Shown one piece after another: positions 30,330-39,439 of a stretch of 64,000 nucleotides of DNA. The stretch comes from Salinispira sp. (lineage in GTDB: Bacteria > Spirochaetota > Spirochaetia > DSM-27196 > Salinispiraceae), in contig OZ271918.1 of the NCBI GenBank assembly GCA_965602015.1, forward strand, positions 1,536,001 through 1,600,000, given 5' to 3'. The notes beneath the pieces are model-generated. The model searched no databases and was not told where the DNA came from. It saw only the letters and a list, made by a program, of their open reading frames with translations. Every line of letters begins with the position of its first letter. Positions within the stretch are counted from its first letter, which is position 1. A program made the position numbers and the translations under genes.

Positions 30330-31016
30330 TCAGACTGCGACAGAATACATGCTTTTTATTATCTCGGAAAGACCGGGGTTTTTCCCGAGCCCGTAGAGGC
30401 TGTACAGCGATTTCAGAAACCGGTAATCCTCTTCGGTATCGAGGGTGAGGCGAAGGTCAGCCTGCCTGTATGCCTCCGGCGCCTCCTCCCGGTGAATGCG
30501 GAAGCGCTCGCCGTGATTGTACAGGTAGGGGCACACATGTTCATGGTCATAGGGATCCATCGAATCCGCCAGGGCCTGTTCCAAGGCCGCGGATTGTATG
30601 ACTTCCACTCCGGTTCCGTATGGCATTCCGGTCTGGGCCGCATAGTCCCAGCCCTCCCGGCGCTGCCGGGCCAGGATCATATTTGCGAGATCGTGGCTCA
30701 CCAGCGGATTATCCGCCGTAGCCCGTACAATGGTATTAACGGCAAAATGACGGGCGGCGAAGACGAATCGGGCCAGAACGTCCTGTGCCGGTCCTTCAAA
30801 ACATTCCCAGCCCGGATGCCGCCGGCAAATATGGGAAAGCACCGGGTAGCTGTATTTGTCAGTCAGGACCACAAAATAGTCACAATGAACCTTCGATAGG
30901 CGGATCATACATTGTTCGAGTACCGTGGTCCCGCCCAGGTCGAGCAGAATTTTGTGAGGAAGGCGCTGAGAGCCGAGTCTGGCCTGGAGAAAAACTGCGC
31001 TGCTGTCGTTGGTCAT
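30330..31016 (-). CDS. SpsF-like cytidylyltransferase
   Basis: QARLGSQRLPHK, DVLARF, VRATADNPL, EHVCPYL and LTLDTEED. Confidence 0.88.
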   Translation of the reverse strand: MTNDSSAVFLQARLGSQRLPHKILLDLGGTTVLEQCMIRLSKVHCDYFVVLTDKYSYPVLSHICRRHPGWECFEGPAQDVLARFVFAARHFAVNTIVRATADNPLVSHDLANMILARQRREGWDYAAQTGMPYGTGVEVIQSAALEQALADSMDPYDHEHVCPYLYNHGERFRIHREEAPEAYRQADLRLTLDTEEDYRFLKSLYSLYGLGKNPGLSEIIKSMYSVAV

Positions 31017-31993
31017 TGCTCCCCCCAGAGTTCCACCAGCTGCCTTACGTCGAAGCGGTAGTGATATCGGTGTTTATGCACCCAGCGGCGCTGCATGGAA
31101 AAGCGCTCCCAGGCTTTGAGCAGGCCGACGGTTCCCGCCCGGTAAAAATGCCAGAATCGCTTTACCGGAAGGGTGGCTTTGTCGCCGGTATAGCGGATTG
31201 CCATGATGCGAAGATAAAACTTCAGGTAGTCCTCATCAGGTGTGCTGATTTCCACAGCCGGGTCGTTGAGGTAATCGACCCGCAGGCCATTGAGATACAA
31301 AATTTTTTCGCCCCAGAGCCGGCTTCGAAACCCGAATTCGAGCCGCTGCCAATAGCTGTTTCGAAAGCTCTCATCATAGCCTCCGACACGCAAAAACCGC
31401 TCCTTGATGTACAGGGCCATATTGTCCGAAGGAAAAAGACTCTCCTGCTCCCTGCCGTCGGGGATGACGGGAATCGGCTCGACCGGCCGGTCAGGATCAT
31501 TTCCCGGCGATTTTGCGGGAATAAACAGGCTCGGCAGCACACTGGCTCCGGGCTTGCGCAGCATAGGTGCGTAACACAGCACGTCGCTGGATATCTGCCG
31601 AAGACTCGCATCGCTCAGGCTGGGACGGGAATCCCCCCACACCGTCAGCACTGCTTCGCCCCGGGCCTCCCGAATCCCCAGATTTATAAGAGTTCCGGCG
31701 CTCCCGCCTGTTGAGAAGAATCCCGGATCAAAGAGAAACAAGCGAATATTGGGGTGGTCGGCGACAAGCTCCTCGTATCGCAGGGCGTTGTCCCGGGGAA
31801 GCATGATAATAGTATCGAAGTAGTTCAGAGACGCCAGATCCTGAATATCCTCCCGGCGCTGATACTTCCGTCCGCGGATGATGCTCAACAGGGAGATGGC
31901 TCCGGTTCCCTTCTGAAGAGACGGCTGAGGCCCTCGTCCAAGAACCGTAAAATCTACTGAAGCGTTAGAAGTTGAAGCTGTACCATTCATCAC
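31013..31993 (-). CDS. Glycosyltransferase family 2-like protein
   Basis: INLGIREARGE and ERFLRVGGYDESF...LEFGFR. Confidence 0.7.
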   Translation of the reverse strand: MMNGTASTSNASVDFTVLGRGPQPSLQKGTGAISLLSIIRGRKYQRREDIQDLASLNYFDTIIMLPRDNALRYEELVADHPNIRLFLFDPGFFSTGGSAGTLINLGIREARGEAVLTVWGDSRPSLSDASLRQISSDVLCYAPMLRKPGASVLPSLFIPAKSPGNDPDRPVEPIPVIPDGREQESLFPSDNMALYIKERFLRVGGYDESFRNSYWQRLEFGFRSRLWGEKILYLNGLRVDYLNDPAVEISTPDEDYLKFYLRIMAIRYTGDKATLPVKRFWHFYRAGTVGLLKAWERFSMQRRWVHKHRYHYRFDVRQLVELWGEQ

Positions 31994-33536
31994 ATTTCAC
32001 ACATATTTCCGGAAGGGCTCCGTTGAGATGCGATGAGTACAGTTTTTCACCACGGGCCCAGATCTTATCAATATCATCGGTAAGCAGGTTGCCCAAACTG
32101 AAGTCCTTGTTTTTCCGTACGCTGTGGGGACTGCACGAAAAACACTCGCCATTGAGATCAATCAATAGATCGCGCTTAACATGCCAGCACTCGTGGCGTT
32201 TCAAAGGTGAAAGGTCGGCCACCTGGCGGCCGGGAATAAGACCTCCGTGGTCCGAGTATTTTTGAATGATGAATTTAATGCCTTTATCCTTCCAGTGACG
32301 GTGAAAGCGTAACAGGTGGTCTTCGTTTTCATTCATCCTCACCGCCTGGACATAGAGATGATCTCCAAAAACCGGAGCCGCCCAATCTATGAACTCCATG
32401 GCTTCACGGAAGCCCGGTCCTCGCAAGCGCTCATACAGATCGGGATCGATGCTATCCAGGCTGACGATGAGTTCGAGACGCCCGGGTGGAAACGCCGACA
32501 GGGCCTTCTTGCTCGCATCATTCCAGCCTATTCCAGAAGTCTCCATCAAAAATCGGCAGCCGGCAGGGGCGTCTGCGGCAGCCTTTAGTATTGATTCGAT
32601 TTCCGGGTTGAGGAAAGGTTCGCCCCATACGGAGAGACTAATGACCGGGTCATCGACGAAGGCGCATATTTTATCGAGCATGGTTTCGAACTCATGAGTC
32701 TTTACGTACCGCTGATCCGAGAGATGGCCGGGATTTGTCAGGGGATACGGACAGTAGGCGCAGCTTTGGGGGCAACGGGCGGTTATCTGCATTGCAAAAA
32801 ACGCCGGCAGACTGCGATATGCTTCCTTTTTTTCCATGATGACATCGCACAGCTCCCGGGCCGATTGGTCGGGAGAAATAAATGCCTTGAGGGCCTCAAC
32901 AATGCGGATATTTCTCTTTCGGTCCCGGAACAGCTCGAGGCGATACATCCTGAGGTCTTCAGGGGATACGGCGGTTTCCACATCCCAGGAATTTATAACC
33001 GGCTTTACCGATTCGAATATCCCGTTGCGCTGCAGCCCGGGCAGGTTTTCACCGGAGGCCAGAGATGAAATAAGCTCATTGCTGAGAATCTCCCCGGCAA
33101 TGCCTCCGGGGTAGCCCTCGGCAAACACATAGTCGCTGAAGTACTTCAGATGAAGATCGAGGACCTCGCTATTCACCTCATGGTTGAGAAAGGCACTATC
33201 GGCCCAAAAGTGGAAAATTCCACTCTCTCCGGGACGGTCAATCTCCGAGAGGCAGGATAGTATGGATCCCATACCATCCCCCGAGATTTGCAGCATTTCA
33301 ACCCGCAATTCAGAAACAGCAGCCTTTTCCACAAGTGCTCGCTTTATGTCGGCGGAGAACATCGAGCCGGGCTTGTGAAGGATGTAAATTGAACCGGAAA
33401 ACCACGCCGCCTTTTGTACAAAATTGCCGATAAAATCGACGGTTTCCCGGGGAAACTCCGGAGAAAAATCATGTGCCAATGTTACATTACAGCAAATCCC
33501 CAGGCTGATTTTTCCCGGTTCCAGTTCCATGTTCAT
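31965..33536 (-). CDS. Spiro-SPASM protein (transferase-like N-domain, radical SAM, SPASM)
   Basis: WADSAFLN...Y.FAEGYPGG N-domain, intact CPQSCAYC, GEP and C-terminal Cys cluster (CWH, CFSC, CVKC). Confidence 0.85.
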   Translation of the reverse strand: MNMELEPGKISLGICCNVTLAHDFSPEFPRETVDFIGNFVQKAAWFSGSIYILHKPGSMFSADIKRALVEKAAVSELRVEMLQISGDGMGSILSCLSEIDRPGESGIFHFWADSAFLNHEVNSEVLDLHLKYFSDYVFAEGYPGGIAGEILSNELISSLASGENLPGLQRNGIFESVKPVINSWDVETAVSPEDLRMYRLELFRDRKRNIRIVEALKAFISPDQSARELCDVIMEKKEAYRSLPAFFAMQITARCPQSCAYCPYPLTNPGHLSDQRYVKTHEFETMLDKICAFVDDPVISLSVWGEPFLNPEIESILKAAADAPAGCRFLMETSGIGWNDASKKALSAFPPGRLELIVSLDSIDPDLYERLRGPGFREAMEFIDWAAPVFGDHLYVQAVRMNENEDHLLRFHRHWKDKGIKFIIQKYSDHGGLIPGRQVADLSPLKRHECWHVKRDLLIDLNGECFSCSPHSVRKNKDFSLGNLLTDDIDKIWARGEKLYSSHLNGALPEICVKCDEWYSFNF

Positions 33537-33584
33537 CCTCCGATGCTATTGTCAGGCGGCTGCTCTCAGGGTATCTTAACCGCG

Positions 33585-34811
33585 ATGTCCGACCTTGTAC
33601 AACGTCCCTACAGTGTCAGCCAACTCACTCGCGAGATAAAACAGATGCTTGAGGGAGCCTATCCGCAGATATTTCTGGAAGGCGAGATAAGCAACTTCAA
33701 AGCCGCTTCGAGCGGACACTGGTATTTCAGCCTCAAGGACAGCGACGCCATCATCCAGGCGGTGATGTTTCGCAATTCCCAGAGAGGAATACCCCGGATG
33801 CCCGTCGACGGTCAGGTGGTGAGAGTCCGGGGCACGGTTTCGGTGTATCCCCAGCGGGGCAACTACCAGATAATCTGCAGCAGCCTCGAATACGGCGGTG
33901 AAGGTCAAATCCTTCAGGTGCTCGAGGAGCGCAAACGCCGACTGGCCTCCGAGGGGCTTTTTGATGAACGGCTCAAGCGCCCGCTGCCCCTGTTTCCCCG
34001 AAGCGTGGCGGTTCTCAGCGCAGAGACCGGCGCCGCCGTCCGGGATATTATCCGGGTTCTCAGGCGGCGGGCCCCATGGCTAATGGTGCGGGTGGTGAAC
34101 ATACCCGTACAAGGTGAACAGGCCCCCCCGCAGATCATCCGGGCACTCCAGACCGCTGACGAGCTCTCCCTGGGCGAGGTAATCATTCTCGGCCGGGGGG
34201 GCGGCAGTTTGGAAGACCTGCTGGCGTTCAGTGATGAAGCCCTGGTACGGGCGGTGAGACAGTACAGAGTGCCGGTAATTTCTGCCGTCGGCCACGAAAT
34301 AGATTGGGCCCTTACCGACTTTTCCGCCGACTTGCGGGCTCCCACGCCGAGCGCCGCTGCAGAGATGCTTTGCAGCAATGCCGATGAGCTCTATCAGCGA
34401 ATCATGGCAGCGGGAAAGACCATGGTTCACTCCTTTCTCGGTTTAAAGACCCGGCTGGAGCTGGCATTAAAGCCCTTCAAAAGCGAGATACTCTCGGACA
34501 GTTTTATCAGAATGCTCCAGCCTCATGCCCAGGCCATTGATGACCAGCGTGAGCGACTCACTACAGCCATGGAGGACTTCCTGATGCGCCGGCGCCAGCG
34601 TCTTGAACTGGCCAGACGGGAGCTGGAGGCCTGTAACCCCTTCGACGTGCTTAAGAGGGGCTACAGCATGGTTCGGGATCAGGAAGGACGGATCATCGCC
34701 AGTCGAAGCGAAGGGCTCAAACACCGGGACATCTCCCTCCACTTCCACGACGGGGTACTGGGGGCAAAAATAGACGAAAAACAGGCGACGGAGGCGAACA
34801 GTGAACGATAA
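33585..34811 (+). CDS. xseA: Exodeoxyribonuclease VII large subunit
   Basis: SVSQL, GEISN, SGHWYFSLKD, RGGGSLEDL, SAVGHE.D and PTPSAAAE. Confidence 0.96.
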   Translation: MSDLVQRPYSVSQLTREIKQMLEGAYPQIFLEGEISNFKAASSGHWYFSLKDSDAIIQAVMFRNSQRGIPRMPVDGQVVRVRGTVSVYPQRGNYQIICSSLEYGGEGQILQVLEERKRRLASEGLFDERLKRPLPLFPRSVAVLSAETGAAVRDIIRVLRRRAPWLMVRVVNIPVQGEQAPPQIIRALQTADELSLGEVIILGRGGGSLEDLLAFSDEALVRAVRQYRVPVISAVGHEIDWALTDFSADLRAPTPSAAAEMLCSNADELYQRIMAAGKTMVHSFLGLKTRLELALKPFKSEILSDSFIRMLQPHAQAIDDQRERLTTAMEDFLMRRRQRLELARRELEACNPFDVLKRGYSMVRDQEGRIIASRSEGLKHRDISLHFHDGVLGAKIDEKQATEANSER

Positions 34812-35073
34812 AAATCAGGCAAAAAGCGGCGAAGAGAGCTTTGAGGTTCGCCTACGACGGCTTGAAGAAATAAGCGAGAAAATCCGCAGCGGCCAGGTGG
34901 AACTGGGCGAGGCGACGGAGCTCTTCGAAGAGGGCATATCGCTTGCCCGGAGCCTGGAGAAGGAACTCAACTCCGTCGAAGGACGAATAGAAAAACTGGT
35001 TTCCTCGCCATCAGCCCCGGGAGAAAAGCCCGTGCTGGAACTCTTTCCAGAACTCGATACCTCAGGGCAATAA
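34801..35073 (+). CDS. xseB: Exodeoxyribonuclease VII small subunit
   Basis: SFE..L.RLEEI...L....FEEG; follows xseA. Confidence 0.92.
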   Translation: MNDKNQAKSGEESFEVRLRRLEEISEKIRSGQVELGEATELFEEGISLARSLEKELNSVEGRIEKLVSSPSAPGEKPVLELFPELDTSGQ

Positions 35074-35133
35074 TTCCGATGGATAAGAGCCTTGAGAAAA
35101 ACTCATGGCAAAACTATATGCCGGCTGTGGTAA

Positions 35134-35583
35134 TTACTCGGTTCCGGGCACCGTACTGAGGTCCAGGCGGTCCCCTTCAAAAACACCGTGGCGCTCAAAA
35201 GCCCCGCGGTTAAGCTCCAGGGCGTACTTTGCCGGACGGCTTGAGGGCACCGATGATTCATCAAGGGCATACATATCGAGGATATCGATTATCCGCCACT
35301 GTTCATCAATATACGCAATGCTCAAATCTATGTAGGTGTTCTTCATCCAAAACGACCTGAAATCACTGTCTTCGAAAATAAAAAGCATGCCGCGGTCGCT
35401 TTCCAAGGTTCGGCGGTACATAAGCCCCTGCTGGCGTTCGGCGGGGCTGTCGGCCACTTCGACCAGGAACAGCTGATCGCCGATTTGCAGCGGAAAAAGG
35501 TCAGCCTGGGCATTTTGACAAGAGACAAAAAAGAGCGGTATGACAGTCATATAGATCAGCCGGCGGGATATCATGGTCTTCAT
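35134..35583 (-). CDS. DUF192 family protein (putative lipoprotein)
   Basis: VEVAD..ER..GLMYR, GMLFIF, FWMKNT and YALELN.G; FVSC lipobox-like motif. Confidence 0.9.
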   Translation of the reverse strand: MKTMISRRLIYMTVIPLFFVSCQNAQADLFPLQIGDQLFLVEVADSPAERQQGLMYRRTLESDRGMLFIFEDSDFRSFWMKNTYIDLSIAYIDEQWRIIDILDMYALDESSVPSSRPAKYALELNRGAFERHGVFEGDRLDLSTVPGTE

Positions 35584-35621
35584 CGGGACGAGTATATCAA
35601 TACCGGCGGAGTAATTTCCAG

Positions 35622-36242
35622 CTAAAAATTGTCGAGAAAAAGTTCCCGGGAAATATCTAAAAGGCTCTCTTGGGCTGCGCCTGCCTCCCGGATCTCGTTG
35701 AACACATCCATGCTGATGTATTTGACGGTAACCGGTTTTTCCAATGTCATTCTCACGCCGTCCTGTTCCCAGTAACTGAGCTCGGGATCCAGGTAGTCCG
35801 GCTCGCCGTACTTCGACACCAGATCCCGGTACATGGTGAAATAATCCATTTGCCGAGGATCGATTTCCAGGGTGATGGAATAGAGCCTGTCATCGCGGAA
35901 CTGAAATGTTCCGGATTCCATCATGCCCGTGCCGCCGCTGTTGATGATCGGCTGGTTATCAAACGGTCTCATTGAAATATCCGGATCTCCCCGGTAGGTA
36001 AACATCGCTTCGGCGGCAAGGAGGGTTTTCGCCTCCTCAAGACTGGTGCCGAGGCTCAGGGATAAAAAACCCCGGGGCAGAGGCCGGTTCCCCGGGGAAT
36101 CGGCCCGGGAAATCTCGGTTACTGATGGGTCCGCTGGTAGCGATTCCGGCAGGGCCGCCCCGCTATCCTGGGCGCAGACAATCGTCGGCAGGTAAATGAG
36201 GAGAATAAAAAGTCCTGTTGCACGCGGCGCAAGGCGCTTCAT
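35622..36242 (-). CDS. Hypothetical exported protein
   Basis: Signal peptide; co-oriented in the gene run. Confidence 0.7.
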   Translation of the reverse strand: MKRLAPRATGLFILLIYLPTIVCAQDSGAALPESLPADPSVTEISRADSPGNRPLPRGFLSLSLGTSLEEAKTLLAAEAMFTYRGDPDISMRPFDNQPIINSGGTGMMESGTFQFRDDRLYSITLEIDPRQMDYFTMYRDLVSKYGEPDYLDPELSYWEQDGVRMTLEKPVTVKYISMDVFNEIREAGAAQESLLDISRELFLDNF

Positions 36243-36260
36243 AACGTCGTTCCGATGATC

Positions 36261-36782
36261 CTATTGTCTGGACAGGGCGATGCTGAGCGCCGTGGTAAGT
36301 TTTAACACGTCTTCGTTGCCCTTACGCACGTTGCGGCTCATTACCTGGGATATCCGTTTGAGCATTTTTAAGCCGATGGCCGGATACTGCTCGCAGAGCT
36401 GTTCAAAATCAGCTTTTTTTATTTCCAGCAGGAGACAATCCGTCGATGCGGTTACATTGGCGCTCCGAGGCGACTCATCGATCATCGCCATTTCTCCGAA
36501 AAACGAAACGATGTTGGAATCCAGTTTAACCATGGATTTTTCGACATTCTCAAAGCCCTTGGTGGCTACCTTCAATGTGAGGTTTTTCGTAATGTCCACG
36601 ACGCCCCGGACAAAAAAGTACATGGTGTCGCCGACGCTTCCCTCCTCCATCAGAACGGTGCCCGCATCGGCTTCTACTCTATTGGTCATGGAAACGACTT
36701 TTTTTAATTCCTCTTCATCCAGATCTTTCAGAATATTGATTTTTTTTAACGCGGCGAATTCATTTTTACTGACCGTACTCAT
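36261..36782 (-). CDS. Stand-alone cyclic nucleotide-binding domain protein
   Basis: EEGSVGDTMYF and the FFGEMAMIDESPRSANV phosphate-binding cassette; no HTH. Confidence 0.9.
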   Translation of the reverse strand: MSTVSKNEFAALKKINILKDLDEEELKKVVSMTNRVEADAGTVLMEEGSVGDTMYFFVRGVVDITKNLTLKVATKGFENVEKSMVKLDSNIVSFFGEMAMIDESPRSANVTASTDCLLLEIKKADFEQLCEQYPAIGLKMLKRISQVMSRNVRKGNEDVLKLTTALSIALSRQ

Positions 36783-37984
36783 AAAAGCCCTCCGATGACA
36801 AAGGCAGAATCTCCGGCTTTTATGCTGTATCCGCCGCCGGGATTGAGATTGATGCTCAGGTTCACATCCTGCTCTTCCTCGAGGTTGATTTCGGCCTCGA
36901 GAAATTTCCTCTTAATAAAGGCATCAATGCCCGAAGAGTCCTCGCTCAGGATGTCTACAAGTCCGATGGATTTTTCCTCACTGAGAATACCGATGCAAAT
37001 ACCCTTGTCACCCTCCATCATGGCGAGGGCATACTCTTTGAAGCTGCGCCCGACAAAATCATCGGGGATGGCTTTTATATGCAGCCGGTTCGGACTGTCT
37101 GGGGATAGCATGGTTTTGAGCAAGTCAGGAATACCGTGAATTGCCGTGGAATTAGTGAGCAGATGCCGGATAATCTCGTCGCCGAAGATGATTTCATCGA
37201 CTTGAGCGCGCTGGAGGTGGGTAGCGTTCTGGTCGTGGACAATTTGCGCCGTGAGGTGAACATCCTGATTGATGCTTTTCACCGCCAGGGCGGACAGGAT
37301 GGTCTTGTCATCGGCCGCCAAAAACGATTTCCCCCCCGATTCATCCGGTACGATAATGCAAGCCCGGGCTGCAGCCAGATTACCCCGCTTGAGCACCAGT
37401 TCATTGGCGATATCGCCCCTGACGAATTTTACCTCGAGATCGGGAAATCCCACGCGAATTTCATCAAAGGCTTCGGGAGTCATCTCGCTAATAAGCGCCA
37501 GACGGAAATCATCCTCCGGGTATCGGGAAATAAGGGATTCTATTAAACCCTTGCAATACCTATTCCATCCCGCCAGTACGATGTGATTCTTATACGTGAT
37601 ATCCTGCAAACCCTTACCCTCCCGAATTTTCCGCTCGACATAGATAGATGCGATTGTCCCCGACAAAATGCTGGCAATGACCATTCCGCTGAGCATCATA
37701 AGAACGGCCAGAAGCCTGGCCGGCATGGATTCGGGAAAGAAGTCGCCATATCCCACAGTGGTCAGGGTGACCATTCCCCACCACAAGGCATCCAGGGGTG
37801 AGGAAAAATTCCCGGCCTCCATCAAACTTTCAATGAGATAGGTGATCAGGCCGCCGAAAATTACCACCGCAAAAAAGACCAGAAGGAGGCTAAAAAGGCG
37901 CTCCCGGCGGAAGTCGGAAAAAAGGCCTCTGAGCGTCGTGAAAAAGGCTTTGATATCTATCAATCGCTTGCGATTTCCCGGCAT
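36779..37984 (-). CDS. Potassium channel (2TM pore plus RCK domain, MthK-like)
   Basis: Selectivity filter TTVGYGD, flanking TM helices and an RCK domain (HIVLAGW, FVRGD). Confidence 0.92.
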   Translation of the reverse strand: MPGNRKRLIDIKAFFTTLRGLFSDFRRERLFSLLLVFFAVVIFGGLITYLIESLMEAGNFSSPLDALWWGMVTLTTVGYGDFFPESMPARLLAVLMMLSGMVIASILSGTIASIYVERKIREGKGLQDITYKNHIVLAGWNRYCKGLIESLISRYPEDDFRLALISEMTPEAFDEIRVGFPDLEVKFVRGDIANELVLKRGNLAAARACIIVPDESGGKSFLAADDKTILSALAVKSINQDVHLTAQIVHDQNATHLQRAQVDEIIFGDEIIRHLLTNSTAIHGIPDLLKTMLSPDSPNRLHIKAIPDDFVGRSFKEYALAMMEGDKGICIGILSEEKSIGLVDILSEDSSGIDAFIKRKFLEAEINLEEEQDVNLSINLNPGGGYSIKAGDSAFVIGGLL

Positions 37985-37996
37985 ATCTCCGTCCGA

Positions 37997-38347
37997 TTAC
38001 CTGGTGACCAGGTAAATTATCACCATGGCGATAAACGCCATAAAAAACACCACGCCGACCAGCGCGAAGATCCAATCAGGAATGGGGCTTGAAGATTTTT
38101 TCATGTAGCTGGGCTGGCGCCGGGAAGACGAACTGCCAATGTTCACATCTTCATATACCGGCTCCACCTTTCCCGCGCCGGAATACCCGCATTGGGGGCA
38201 TCCGAGGGCAAAATGATCAGCGGGCCCCTGATAATCGCACTCCGGGCATCTCACCTGGGAAAAAAACTTTCCGCAATGAGGACAGACCTTATCACGGGCC
38301 TTCACCTCCTTGCCGCAATGTTCGCAGAAAAAATGCACCTTCGCCAT
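37997..38347 (-). CDS. Double zinc-ribbon membrane protein
   Basis: Four CxxC pairs and a C-terminal TM helix. Confidence 0.8.
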   Translation of the reverse strand: MAKVHFFCEHCGKEVKARDKVCPHCGKFFSQVRCPECDYQGPADHFALGCPQCGYSGAGKVEPVYEDVNIGSSSSRRQPSYMKKSSSPIPDWIFALVGVVFFMAFIAMVIIYLVTR

Positions 38348-39366
38348 TAAAAACCCTCACTGTTTGAAAATAGGTTTCGGATAGGGAGATTACCATAGAG
38401 AAACTCTTCGTATATTTCCCCGTCGGTGAAGCCCGTCGAAATGTCGAAACTCCCGTCTCTCAAACCCTGCAACGCCTGCTGAATTTCAAGGGGTAGGAAC
38501 TCCCTGTGTATCTGGAACTCGAGAACAAAATCTCCCCGATGGAAGTTTCCGACTACTTCCGCCTGTTCCTCACGGGTCCAGAGCAGCACCTGTCCTTTTT
38601 CACCGAGAACGGGAATTTCTATGGCGTAGAGGTTTCGCGCAGAGTCGCTGCGTTCCACATAGAAATACATCAGCACGCTCAAGCCTTCCTGAAATTCCTG
38701 GAAGGCGGTAAGCATTCCGTAAAACATCCGCTCATCCAGTGCGAGCCTCAGGCGGTCAAGGGAAGTGCCTCCCCTGCCCCAATATACCGAATCATCGAGG
38801 GCGATGATAGCCGAGGTATCGCTGCTTTCCCGGCGAATACGTCGGGGTGTAAAATCCCTGGCAAATCGCAAGGCGTCATCCGCCTGAAGCCAGTCGAGAA
38901 TCCTCCCGTCGACCTGGTAACGGCCTCTGGCCGGCAGGTCCTCTTCGACCCCGCTGAATCCGAGGAATGCGCCGCCGGCCCCCCTCATAAGATCGCTATC
39001 CCGCAAGGCAAAATAAGAGCCCCCGGAGCCCGAAGGAATGCGAATAATAAACAAGGGGTGGATGAGCTCGCCGGTGAGAAACACATAGCCGAACACAGCA
39101 GTGTCCTGACGATACACCGGCAGACTGGAATAGACGCCTCCCGAGGGAACGGCCACAATGCGGTCGGCATACTGGCGAATGAGATTCTTCAGAGCGTTCG
39201 GAGACTGCCGCAGTTCGGCAAATTCCCGGCTGTCGGTTGGCAGGCTGATTACGAAGGCCGTGCCGCTGCTCTGATTTGAAAATCCCACCGCAGCGCTTTG
39301 AGCTGCAGCCGCAGTGCAAAGAGCAAAGAGCGCGGTAAATATCAGTACTGTTTTTCGCTTTCCCAT
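38347..39366 (-). CDS. Hypothetical exported protein, possible DOMON/CBM9-like C-terminal domain
   Basis: Signal peptide; VDGRILDW motif followed by a beta-rich region. Confidence 0.6.
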   Translation of the reverse strand: MGKRKTVLIFTALFALCTAAAAQSAAVGFSNQSSGTAFVISLPTDSREFAELRQSPNALKNLIRQYADRIVAVPSGGVYSSLPVYRQDTAVFGYVFLTGELIHPLFIIRIPSGSGGSYFALRDSDLMRGAGGAFLGFSGVEEDLPARGRYQVDGRILDWLQADDALRFARDFTPRRIRRESSDTSAIIALDDSVYWGRGGTSLDRLRLALDERMFYGMLTAFQEFQEGLSVLMYFYVERSDSARNLYAIEIPVLGEKGQVLLWTREEQAEVVGNFHRGDFVLEFQIHREFLPLEIQQALQGLRDGSFDISTGFTDGEIYEEFLYGNLPIRNLFSNSEGF

Positions 39367-39439
39367 AGTCCCACCATCCATATTACTACAATATTCGGCA
39401 GATTGCGCCGCAGACCTGTGCCTCAAGTTCGCTGCCGCC

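Noticed and set aside
30785..31714. 309-aa plus-strand ORF antisense to the GT2-like and SpsF-like genes
   Set aside because: Shadow ORF with no domain signal.
33414..33584. N-terminal extension of XseA in the ORF track
   Set aside because: It overlaps the divergent spiro-SPASM gene. XseA similarity starts at ATG 33585, right after a promoter-like sequence.
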